From the IMG/VR virus record IMGVR_UViG_3300022934_000004: a stretch of DNA of 64,000 nucleotides; one strand, written 5' to 3'. Shown here one piece after another: positions 10,561 to 20,800 of the stretch. Within the stretch, counting starts at the first letter, position 1, and every line of letters begins with the position of its first letter. This DNA is from a virus. The position numbers were made by a program, and so were the translations under genes. Under the pieces are notes generated by a model, which searched no databases, was not told where the DNA came from, and was given only the letters and a program-made list of their open reading frames with translations.

Positions 10561-11167
10561 AGAAAAAGATGTAGATAGATTCCAAAAAATACTTGATCAA
10601 CTTAAACATACTTATCCATGGGATGGAATGCATGCTAATATCTGCGCTCAAGTAGGACCAATTGAATTTCAAATTCAAAAATGGTGGGCAGATAGAATAA
10701 ATTGTATAGATCAAAGAGTAGCTATTTTGAATGGTGGGATTGGTTATTTTTCAGTTCCCTTTGCATATGAAATGGGAGCTAAAAAAATAGATTTATATGA
10801 TATGGATCCAATCACAGAAAACTTAAGTTGGTATGTAAATGGAATATACAAACCTGAATTCGTTCACCATCAAAAAAATGTTATTTTTGATAAAAGAGAA
10901 ATTGATAACGCTGATGTGTACATAAATACTAGTTGTGAGCATAGTTATCATATGAGAGATATAATTCCATCAAATCGCCTTTGTGTAATGAGTGGAAATA
11001 ATTTAACAGCTAGAGGACATATAAATTTATTTAAGAATATGCGAGCGCTGAAAAAATCAGTAGGATTTAAAGATGTATTATATGAAACGACAATGGAATT
11101 TACATATCATGATGATATGGGAAAAAGACCATATAAACAATTTTTAGTAATAGGGATAAAATCATGA
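10547..11167 (+). CDS. Class I SAM methyltransferase-like protein
   Basis: VAILNGGIG (motif I), IDLYDMDP (motif II) and DVYINTSCEH. Start moved from the ORF track's 10526 to the ATG at 10547. Confidence 0.6.
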   Translation: MYHIEEKDVDRFQKILDQLKHTYPWDGMHANICAQVGPIEFQIQKWWADRINCIDQRVAILNGGIGYFSVPFAYEMGAKKIDLYDMDPITENLSWYVNGIYKPEFVHHQKNVIFDKREIDNADVYINTSCEHSYHMRDIIPSNRLCVMSGNNLTARGHINLFKNMRALKKSVGFKDVLYETTMEFTYHDDMGKRPYKQFLVIGIKS

Positions 11168-12066
11168 AAAAGAGAGTTATTTTTTCAATTTATATTGAAA
11201 TCCCTGAAGCACTTTTGGATGAAACAGGTTATTCAAAACATGCCGAGAAAAATACGCATAGAGGTGAAAGAGCTGGGGAAACTAAAGATAAGTTAAAAGC
11301 ATATAAAAATAGATTGATGTGGAATCAAAAATGGTATGCGGATCAATGTGATGCAGACTATCATATGTACACTTATGATAAACAGTTTTTAGAATATTAT
11401 CGTTATTGTAAAGGTGTTCACGATAAGCTTCCAATGTATCATATTGTAAATTATTATAAGAATCATTTGCTTCAAGAATTAGCGAAAACTTATGATGAAG
11501 TTTTTTATATGGATATTGATATTATTCCTAGAACAAAAGATAATATATTTGAAGTCCACAATATGAATAAGCTTTGGGCAAAGAATAATAATGATTTAGC
11601 TGAGTGGAGTAAGCACTACGATTTAACAAAATATAATAGTTGTGATAGAAACCCTGGTATAAAATATTGGAATTGTTATGCTCTTTTAGTTCAAAACGGA
11701 CATGATCCTGAAAACGACGTTATTAACACAGGAACAGTAATTGGCGGTAAAAAAGCAATTATGGCAATGAATTGGCAAGGGGAATTTGAAGGATTAGTTG
11801 CTGATATGTTAAAATTACAAGAAGATGAAGCAACAATGTTTCCTGAAGCACTACATTCAAGGTTTGCATTCGATAATGAAACCATGTTTAGTTATTTAGT
11901 AAAAACTAAAAAATTAAAGTATGATACTTTAGATGATATTTGGCATGGAAGATTGCCAGATGATGGAGTAGATCCAAGACATAAAATTATTCATGCTATT
12001 AATAAGAAGTTTGAATTAATTTGGGATGATGTTCCATATGATGGAAGAACTTTAGGAAAATCATAA
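11164..12066 (+). CDS. GT-A fold glycosyltransferase (GT34/GT8-like)
   Basis: YADQCDADY, YDEVFYMDID (DxD), INTGTV, DNETMFS and C-terminal IIHAINK. Confidence 0.65.
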   Translation: MKKRVIFSIYIEIPEALLDETGYSKHAEKNTHRGERAGETKDKLKAYKNRLMWNQKWYADQCDADYHMYTYDKQFLEYYRYCKGVHDKLPMYHIVNYYKNHLLQELAKTYDEVFYMDIDIIPRTKDNIFEVHNMNKLWAKNNNDLAEWSKHYDLTKYNSCDRNPGIKYWNCYALLVQNGHDPENDVINTGTVIGGKKAIMAMNWQGEFEGLVADMLKLQEDEATMFPEALHSRFAFDNETMFSYLVKTKKLKYDTLDDIWHGRLPDDGVDPRHKIIHAINKKFELIWDDVPYDGRTLGKS

Positions 12067-12779
12067 TGCCTATTACAACACATTCTTCAGGTGAGACTAA
12101 TCAAGCACAAAAAATATTTGTTTTCAGAATGGGAAAAAAATATGGTGAAGAGTATGAAGAATACTTAAACCGAAAACTAAAGGGAAGATATGATCTTGTT
12201 TGGATAAGAAATCCATTAGATTCAAAAGTAGCATTACAATGGAATAAAATGTTTCTTATGAATTTAGATTATATTGACCCCATTATTGTAATGGATATTG
12301 ATATTTTATTAGAAAATAATTTCCATGAATTATTTGAATATCCTATTCAAAGAGGTGAATTTTTATCAATTCCAGCGTGGTGGAATGAAAGAGCTGGATA
12401 TTTACTAAATGGCGGGTTTTTTAAATACTATCCTAAAGACTGTAAATACATTTTTGATGAATTTATTAATAATTCTAAGCATTGGCAATCACATTATATT
12501 AAAGAAGGTATTACAATAGGTCCAGTAAATGGTGAGCAATATTTTGTTGAAGATCAGGTTAAGAAACACTTAGATTTAAAGTTTGTCCCTAAGTCATGGG
12601 TAACTAGATGGACGAATGATAGTAGCAAAAATATGAAAATTGCTGATAGATGGAGAAAAAAGGTAGAAGATACACAATTATTTTACCATGAAAAAAATAA
12701 ATTTAACGAAAATGTGAAATTTGTTCATTTTACTACCTCTTTAAATAAACCGCACGAATCGAAATTATATAAATACTAG
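12066..12779 (+). CDS. GT-A fold glycosyltransferase
   Basis: MGKKYGEEY, QWNKM, VMDID (DxD), NGGFFK, GEQYFV and FVHFT. Confidence 0.7.
   Translation: MPITTHSSGETNQAQKIFVFRMGKKYGEEYEEYLNRKLKGRYDLVWIRNPLDSKVALQWNKMFLMNLDYIDPIIVMDIDILLENNFHELFEYPIQRGEFLSIPAWWNERAGYLLNGGFFKYYPKDCKYIFDEFINNSKHWQSHYIKEGITIGPVNGEQYFVEDQVKKHLDLKFVPKSWVTRWTNDSSKNMKIADRWRKKVEDTQLFYHEKNKFNENVKFVHFTTSLNKPHESKLYKY
12768..12775 (+). promoter_or_regulatory. T4-type late promoter TATAAATA
   Basis: Exact consensus upstream of the GAGG Shine-Dalgarno and the ATG at 12804. Confidence 0.75.
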
Positions 12780-12803
12780 TAACCAGAAAAAAGAGGTTTT
12801 AGT

Positions 12804-13457
12804 ATGCCCAGAATTATAGATTTACCTTCAATTAGTGCAGATTCTGCCGATTCCGCAGATTGGCTCATTTTATACAATGTTGATGCAGCATCAAATGACG
12901 CTGTTAATAAAATTAGAGTTGATCAACTAGCTGAATTAACAGCAGGAGTTGCAGCTTATGGTGATTCTGACGTAGGAGTATATTTAGCTAATAGTGATTC
13001 AGCTAATCCTATACAAGTTGGGCAAATGGTCATAGATAGCGACCTTGTTGTTCTAGGTGACTTAAGAGTTTTAGGTACAACTACTACAGTTAGTAGCTCA
13101 AATTTAAGTATTTCAGATAAATTACTAATATTAGCTGATAGTGCATTAACACCAACTGATGCTGATGGTGGTGGTATTCAATTAAATGGTGCTGATGCTA
13201 CATTACTATATCAACAATCAGATGATACATGGAATTTTAATAAAAACTTAGAATATCCAAATAGATTTTCATTAACTGACACAGATTCATTAAATGAAGG
13301 AACTACAAACTTATATTATAGTTCTGCAAGATTTGATTCCGATTTAACTAATGCAGATTCGTCAATTACTTCTAGTCAATTAGCTTCTGCTGTTTCTTTA
13401 ATCATTTATGATTCTGCTGGATCTGCTATAAAGACGTTGTATGGTGCAGGAGTTTAA
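12804..13457 (+). CDS. Short tail-fibre-like structural protein
   Basis: GDLRVLGTTTTVSSSNLSISDK fibre motif and a TDSLNEGTTNLYY repeat unit, both also in the 3003-aa fibre; C-terminal YDSAGSAIKTLYG. Confidence 0.6.
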   Translation: MPRIIDLPSISADSADSADWLILYNVDAASNDAVNKIRVDQLAELTAGVAAYGDSDVGVYLANSDSANPIQVGQMVIDSDLVVLGDLRVLGTTTTVSSSNLSISDKLLILADSALTPTDADGGGIQLNGADATLLYQQSDDTWNFNKNLEYPNRFSLTDTDSLNEGTTNLYYSSARFDSDLTNADSSITSSQLASAVSLIIYDSAGSAIKTLYGAGV

Positions 13458-13459
13458 GT

Positions 13460-14440
13460 ATGGCTGGCAATCCTTTAGTATGGGACACATCATCTGAAGA
13501 TGTACGTCCAGCAAGTGCTGCACACGTTATAAACTTAATTGAAAGAGGAATTTTTCACTATAGCTCTAATCCTAGTGTGCAATTAAGTTATGTTGCATCT
13601 GGTGGTAATTTAAATTCTATTGATGACACAAGATATGCACCTAGCGCAGGTTTATCTAGAGTTGATAGATTTCCAACACCAGCTGAAACTGGAGCAGTTG
13701 ACCTTATTACTGTATCACAGCAAAAAATACAACAAACAAAGGCAACTGTAACAAAGCCAACAAATACTAAGCCTTTAGCTTATGTTACAAATACTGGAAA
13801 TATTAGAGCTCTTCCTATTGATGAAGCAGTTGAAATATTAGTAAAACCTGCAATTGATAAGTTAAATGATAAAACAGCTATTGCAGATGATAATCGCGGT
13901 GGAACTTATTTTGTTACTACATCAGTTTCAGCAACAGATGCTGATAATGTTTCATCCCAACCAATATACACTGATACTAATGCAAATGTTTCTTTTTATG
14001 ATGCAGAAAGATCTGGAAATGGATTATTCGTTTCAGCAGATACTCCAACCACTAACACTTCTTGGTATTTGCATAAACAAAAAGCAGATGCTTTTGATAG
14101 AAATTTAACTGGAACAGCTGGAGGGGATGTAAATAGATATCCTCTTTATATTACACCATCTGGTGATTTAAGACATTACACTATTGCTGAATACGATAAT
14201 TTTATTGGTGAATTAATTAGATGGGCTGCTGTAAATTTATCAGGTTACATATTAGATTATCAAGTTAGCACTTCTTCTGTTGATAATACGTATAGAAGTT
14301 CAACAATTACTAATACTTTAGTTGATAGTTCAAAACACTTTACTGAACAAATAGGTCCAGATGATTATAGAGGACAATCAATTCCTCAAGGTACTGCAAC
14401 CTTAATAAATTCTTATTATCTTACCCTTTCTAAAAGCTAA
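13460..14440 (+). CDS. Putative virion structural protein (paralogue of 6233..7228)
   Basis: Collinear similarity to 6233..7228 along its length, ending IPQG...YYL. Confidence 0.55.
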   Translation: MAGNPLVWDTSSEDVRPASAAHVINLIERGIFHYSSNPSVQLSYVASGGNLNSIDDTRYAPSAGLSRVDRFPTPAETGAVDLITVSQQKIQQTKATVTKPTNTKPLAYVTNTGNIRALPIDEAVEILVKPAIDKLNDKTAIADDNRGGTYFVTTSVSATDADNVSSQPIYTDTNANVSFYDAERSGNGLFVSADTPTTNTSWYLHKQKADAFDRNLTGTAGGDVNRYPLYITPSGDLRHYTIAEYDNFIGELIRWAAVNLSGYILDYQVSTSSVDNTYRSSTITNTLVDSSKHFTEQIGPDDYRGQSIPQGTATLINSYYLTLSKS

Positions 14441-14444
14441 TCTT

Positions 14445-14452
14445 TATAAATA
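14445..14452 (+). promoter_or_regulatory. T4-type late promoter TATAAATA
   Basis: Exact consensus in the intergenic region before 14513. Confidence 0.8.
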
Positions 14453-14512
14453 GAATATAAAAGAGGCAGGGGCGTTTTGCACGTCCGACAAAGAAATCGG
14501 TAGGAGTATTTC

Positions 14513-14878
14513 ATGGCCCAATATGAAGAATTCACCTTAGCTCAAGGTGCAGACATAGCAATTGAGCTACATTTAGTAGACGACCAAGGATCTCCAAAAG
14601 ATCTGACAAACCATACGGTTTCGGCACGACTACAAAAATCATATACATCTACATCTTATACTGATTTCAATTCAATAGTTGCAAGCCCACCTTCTGACGG
14701 TATTGCTACTATATCACTAACTAATGTTCAAACTGAAGCTTTAGAAAAGGGACGTTATGTTTATGATGTCATACTTTCTTTTGTTGATAGCGCTGGTGAT
14801 ACAATAGCTGAAAGGCTGTTAGAAGGAAGAGTTCAAGTGACACCAAATGTCACACCAACTCCGGGAGGCAGTGAATAA
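14513..14878 (+). CDS. Small Ig-like virion structural protein (BppU N-terminal-like)
   Basis: QGAD...DLTNHTV...KSY...G.ATISLT..QT..L..GRYVYDV...RLLEG.V.VTP, a common pattern in marine T4-like phages; AGGAG Shine-Dalgarno. Confidence 0.65.
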   Translation: MAQYEEFTLAQGADIAIELHLVDDQGSPKDLTNHTVSARLQKSYTSTSYTDFNSIVASPPSDGIATISLTNVQTEALEKGRYVYDVILSFVDSAGDTIAERLLEGRVQVTPNVTPTPGGSE

Positions 14879-17800
14879 ATGGCTGAAATAACACTAACTT
14901 CTCAAGGCCGAACAACTGTAGTTAAAAAGGTTATAATTGGAACTCCAGTTAGAAGAGTTACATCTGGTTCGTTTAGTATTTTTAATATTTCAGGTATTTC
15001 AGCTGTCGGATCTAGTCATAACGATCTTCTTGTTTTTGATTCATCTACTGGCAATTATGAAAATGAAAGTACGCTTCGTGTTTTAAAAGTAGATGATTTT
15101 ACAATTGACAGTAACTCAATAAGTGCTACTGGCGATATAAACATCTTTGCTACACAACTTAATATTTCAGCTCCAGTTGAAGCAACATCATTCAAGCAAA
15201 CTCAATTAGGTGCTTTTGATGATTCTGATCTAACAAGTAAAATTTATGTAGACACTGAAGTTGAAAGAGTTAAACATGTTATTTTTACTACAGATGATGG
15301 ATTTACAGATTCTGTTCAAATTTATAATGATGAAGATATAAAAGTAATTGGTGGAACTGGTCTTAAAACTTCTGCTACAAAAATTGGAACTCAATATCAA
15401 TTAACAATTGATTTAGATAGTTCTGGTATAGTAACCGGAACTTATGGTACTGCTACTTCAGATGTTTCAGCTGATTTTTCTAAAGGCCAGCAGATTACAT
15501 CAAGTAATTTGCAACAAAATTTTGCAGGAGCTCCAAGTCAATCACAATTTAATAATGATGGTACTAAATGGTTTGTTATTGGAACTAATGGTTCTTTTGA
15601 TGAAGAATTTGAAGAATGGGATTTAAGTACACCATACGATTTATCTACTGCTACATTTAGTCAAAGTGTATCAAGAGATATGGGCGGAGAAACAAACGGC
15701 GCCCAAGCGATGACGTTTAACAATGATGGTACAAGCTTATTAGTTTTTGTAAGAAGACCAGGCGGGTCAAGCCCAAGAGCAATATCTTATACCTTTACAT
15801 TAGGCACAGCATATGATATAAGCACTTTATCTGCTGTACCTGGTAGTTTCAAATCCACAAATGATTATGGTGTAACAGGAACTGATAAAGGATATGCTTG
15901 GAATAATGATGGAACTAAATTATTTGCGGTATCTCATACTCAAAATTTAGCTGTTATTGATGTTAGTACTCCTTATGATATTAGTACGCAAACATCATAT
16001 AATGATTATCACCCAACAGATATTGATTCAAATATTACTGCAAATGCTCTGTGGGGTATAGCGTTTGATAATAATGGTTCAACTCTTTACTTGTTGGAAA
16101 GTAATGATACCACAAATGAAATATTCAAACTAACATTATCGACACCATACGATGTAACTACTGCTACATTAGATGAAGTGTTGGATATTGATGAAACTAG
16201 TTCATATGATATATCTTATCCAAAAAGTTTAGTAACAACGCCTGATCATCTAATTGTATATGGCACAACATCTGGAAGTGAACAATACACATATATTACT
16301 AAACCTTCAGGTGGCTCTGGCAATTATGGCCTTACAATACCTATTCTTCAATTTGATTCATCTGGAATATTATCTGGTGTTACAGTATCTGATCCTATTA
16401 CAACAGATAATGTTAGAGAAGGCGACTCAAATTTATATTATACTACAGCTAGATTTGATGATAGATTAGACGATAGTAGTTCTATTTCAACTATACGTAG
16501 TATGTTCTCTCCTGGCGGAGATATGGTATATGATTCAATTAACGGTATCTTTTCAGTTAATGTTCTTGCTAGCTATAACTCAGAAAACTTTGATTCTGAC
16601 TTAGATGATGCTTTAGCTAATAGTCAAAATATTGTATATAATGATTCATTAAATTCATTTGACTTAACTGCTATAAATGAATCGAATGCTGGTACATTTG
16701 GGTCAACAACTGAGGTTCCAATTCTTCATGTTGATTCATATGGTAGAATTGATAGTATTAGTACTGCTTCAATTTCATCAACATTGAGAATTAGTGCTGA
16801 TAATTCAGCTGTTGCTATTCCTGCTGATACATCTATTGAATTTAATGCAGGAAAATACTTATCTGTATCCGCTGCAGATGCAGATAGTGCTTTTGGGCCA
16901 GATGGATGGTCGATTGATTTTTGGTATAAAAAAGATTCAAACACTACAGCTGGCGGGACTGGAATGTTCCAAGATGGTATTATCAACCAGCACGGCCATT
17001 TTGTTATATTTGATAACACAAATAATGGTGTTTCTACACTTGCTATTGCTGGTTCAAAAGATAACACTGGATCAAATTTTTGGTCGGCGAATACTAACAC
17101 TGTAACAACAACAAACTGGAATCATTTCCATGTTGGTTATGATGGAACAACTGTTAGAGTATTCGTTAATGGAACATTAGATAATAGTGTAACCACTACA
17201 TCTTATCATGGTCCCGTAACAGGAGGAACAGCACCTTTAAATATCGGCGCAAGATCTGGTGGCGTTGGCGCAACTGTAACAGAGGTTTTGGCTGGACAAC
17301 TAGCAGATGTTCACATACAAACAGGAACTGGTGGTGTTAAAACTAGTAACTTTAGTACTCCAACAGGAACACCTGGTGCAACAAGTAATTCTTTAATTCT
17401 ATTATATGGCTCAAGTTCAGGTTGGCAAAATGCCACTTCTACTACAGTAACAGAAGCTGGAACTGGCAACGCTGTTACTACAAATACTCTACCATACACT
17501 GCAGGTTCTGCTATTAGTAGTGGTGTAGATTCGATAAATCTTGGTACTGATTTTTTCAATATTTCAGGCCAACCTGATAATATCATTACAACAGTAACAG
17601 ATAATGGTATTAATATACGCTTAGATAGTGGTCAAACCTCACACAATTCTGTTTTAGGTGCAGTGCAGCCAGGATTATATACGTATGGTGGTGGGTCGTC
17701 TATTGCGCGAGTTTCAGTTAATGAGTTTGGTATTGTTAAACACATAGACGCAACTGACATTCAGGCGGAAATAACTCTTAAAAATGAAAATAATACAGAA

Positions 17801-20800
17801 TATACAGCATTTACTACACAAAATGACTTAAAGTTTGTAGGTGGGAACGGGATTGATGTTGATATTAGTGGCGGCTTTTCAGGTTTCGATATCAACGCTG
17901 ATGCAGTAATTACTGTTTCAATTGATTCATCTGAATTAAGTGCAATAGATAGTGTATCTTGGTTAACTGATTCTAATAAATTACAAATTAGTACTTCTGA
18001 TGGAGCAAGATTTGTTCCACAAATTAATTACTTTGGTGATAGTGTAATTTACGACGATACACTTCGCATGAATACCTATAAATCCGCAGTTTGGGGTACA
18101 AAAGGAAATACTGAGCAAGGTGTATCTGGATCATTTAGTTCAATATTTATGATGCCAGGTGGTAATGAACAATTAGGCGGTTGGTGGTTCTATAATAATT
18201 CACCTGCAATGAAGTTTTATTCTAAGAGTAAAAATAGTCAAACAGGTGCTGATAAAGCTGGGTCCATTGAATTCCTGACTTATTATAACGATGGAAGTTC
18301 CTTTTACGAAGATATGATTGTCAGTAATGGGGTTGCGCTAAAGTATAAAGGTCGGCAAGCATTATCTATTATAGGGCCACAAAATGGCGCTAATGATAGC
18401 ACGAATGTTACAAGGTTTTATTCCCATGCTATTCCTTATACTGGTTTGGGTGTAAACTATGATTTAGGTGATTCTGAAAACCCATGGAGAGATTTATATC
18501 TTTCTGGACAAACAATACATTTAGGTGAAGTTCAACTAGCAGATAGCAATGGTGATTTTGCAATTAGATCTGCAGATGGATCTCCTGGTAATATAACAGC
18601 AGCTCATATAAGTGCTGATTCTGGTTATATTGGTCAATTCAGAGCAGATTCTGCACAAATTACTAATTATACTGCAACTACGGGATTTGTTGGACAATTA
18701 ACGGTTGATTCTATAAATGTAACAGATCTTAATATTAGTACAGCAATAGTAACAAATGGTCTTACAGCAGACTCAGCTAAAGTGCAAGGTACTTTAACTG
18801 TAAGAGATATAAATGTAGATTCAGGATCTATTAGTCAATTTACAGCAGACTCAGCTTCAATTACTAATCTTAATGCTACAACAATATCCGGTGACTCTGC
18901 AACATTTACAAACATAGTAAGATCTGGAACAACTGTTACTGCCGGCACATATGGTTCAGCTTCAGAAGTTCCAATTCTTACAGTTGATTCTTCAGGTTTT
19001 GTTGATAGTATTGGATCAGTCTCAGTTGCAGGTGTAACAGCATTTGCATGGGATTCGGCAACTTCAACTGCTACAATTAGTACAGCTGATGGCGGATCTT
19101 ATCCAGCAACTATCAATGGTTTTCATAAAATCACAAGTCATTTAATACCATCAATTGCTAATACATACGATCTTGGTAACGATTCATATAGATGGAATGA
19201 TCTCTATCTAAATGGAACTAGTTTGTATCTTGGGGATACTATTATAGAAGATAGTGCTGGTGGCTTTGTCTTTATGCACAATGACGGTAGTGCAGCAAGC
19301 CCTGTAGGAGTTACTGTACCAGAAACTAATTATATTACTTCGACACCACCTACAGGCGATACTAGTATCACCGCACAAAGAATGATATTTAATCCAACTG
19401 GTACGATATTACAGGTAGGTGGACTATATACACCTTTGACATATTATGATTTATCTACAGGTTGGGACTTAAGCACTGCAACTGTAGATCAAAATAATTC
19501 TTGGACAACTGGTGGTACTCCTTGGAGTGAAAATGTTAAGTTTGATACTGGAAGTCTAAGCTTTAATGCTGATGGTTCAAAAGTTTTCACTGGACGGTAT
19601 AACAGTTCTATAGGCCAATTAGTATTACACGCCTATGACCTAGGCACAAATTACGTAATTGAAAGCGTAGGAAATAATCCTTCTCAATCCGTAAACGTTA
19701 ATGTTACTTCATTAAATACAGCTTGGAATGACAACAAACCTGCTGGATGGGCGTTCAATTTCTATTCATCTGGTAGAGATTTTAAAGTAAGAGTTATTGA
19801 TAGTGGTAATAAAATTGCCATGTTTACGGGTGAAAGCAGTAGCTACTTAGACCTAATTGTTCTTCCTTTAACTACTCCTTATGACTTAAGTACTATTGAC
19901 TATACTCCGGCCAATGCAAAATGTTTTGATTTCGAATATGAATTAACAAATAATATTGTGCCAGGTAGATATGCTGATACGATAATTTACGGCGAAGATT
20001 TTCAATTTAGTAACGACGGCACGAAGCTTTGGTTGACTGTTTATGACAGAGTTGGAGCTTCAAGTCCTTTTACTTATGAAATGGATTTCTATCAATTTGA
20101 TTTATCTACTGCCTATGATATCGATCCAAGTAGCTTATCTTATAATAGTTCTGTAAGATTAGGAGAATCTGCTTCTTCTCCTTATTATAGATTAGGTGAA
20201 AGAATAGATGCTTTCCATGTAGAAGAGTCACAAAATAAAATATTCATGGTAGTAAGAAATGAATATTTAAATTCTGGTGGAAGTCAGTTGCTAGCAACTA
20301 GCGCAATTGTAGAATTTAGTTATGGTAGCCCAGCAATTATGGCTCAAACTAAAATGGGTCATGTAAAAGCAGATTCAGCTCAAATTTCCTTACTAAACGC
20401 TGATTCAGGAACTATTGGTCAATTTACAGCTGACTCAGCTTCAATTACTACACTAAATACTACAACCGGTAATATAAGTCAGTTTACATCAGATTCAGCT
20501 TCGATTACTAATTTAAATGTATCTACTCTTAATGCTCCAAGTTTAGATGTTGATTCAGCACACATTACTACACTTTCAACAAATAGATTTAATGTTGATT
20601 CTGCTAGAGCTGGATTTATACAGTTTAATGTAGGCGAATATGATGATAACGTTAAACCTGCAACTACAGAAGGCGCAGTTTATTATAATTCTGGACCAGA
20701 TACACTTGTCTTTAAATCTTCTTCTGGTGGTCCAATTAAAATTGGTCAAGAAGAAGTTACTAGAGTTTATAATAATACTGTTGCAACTATACCAAAAGGA

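Noticed and set aside
7712-12779. Reading the GT/MT cluster as a DNA hypermodification locus
   Set aside because: It sits among late structural genes, no base hydroxymethylase or nucleotide kinase is nearby, and the MT-like proteins show no DPPY/NPPY or PC motifs. Disfavoured rather than excluded.
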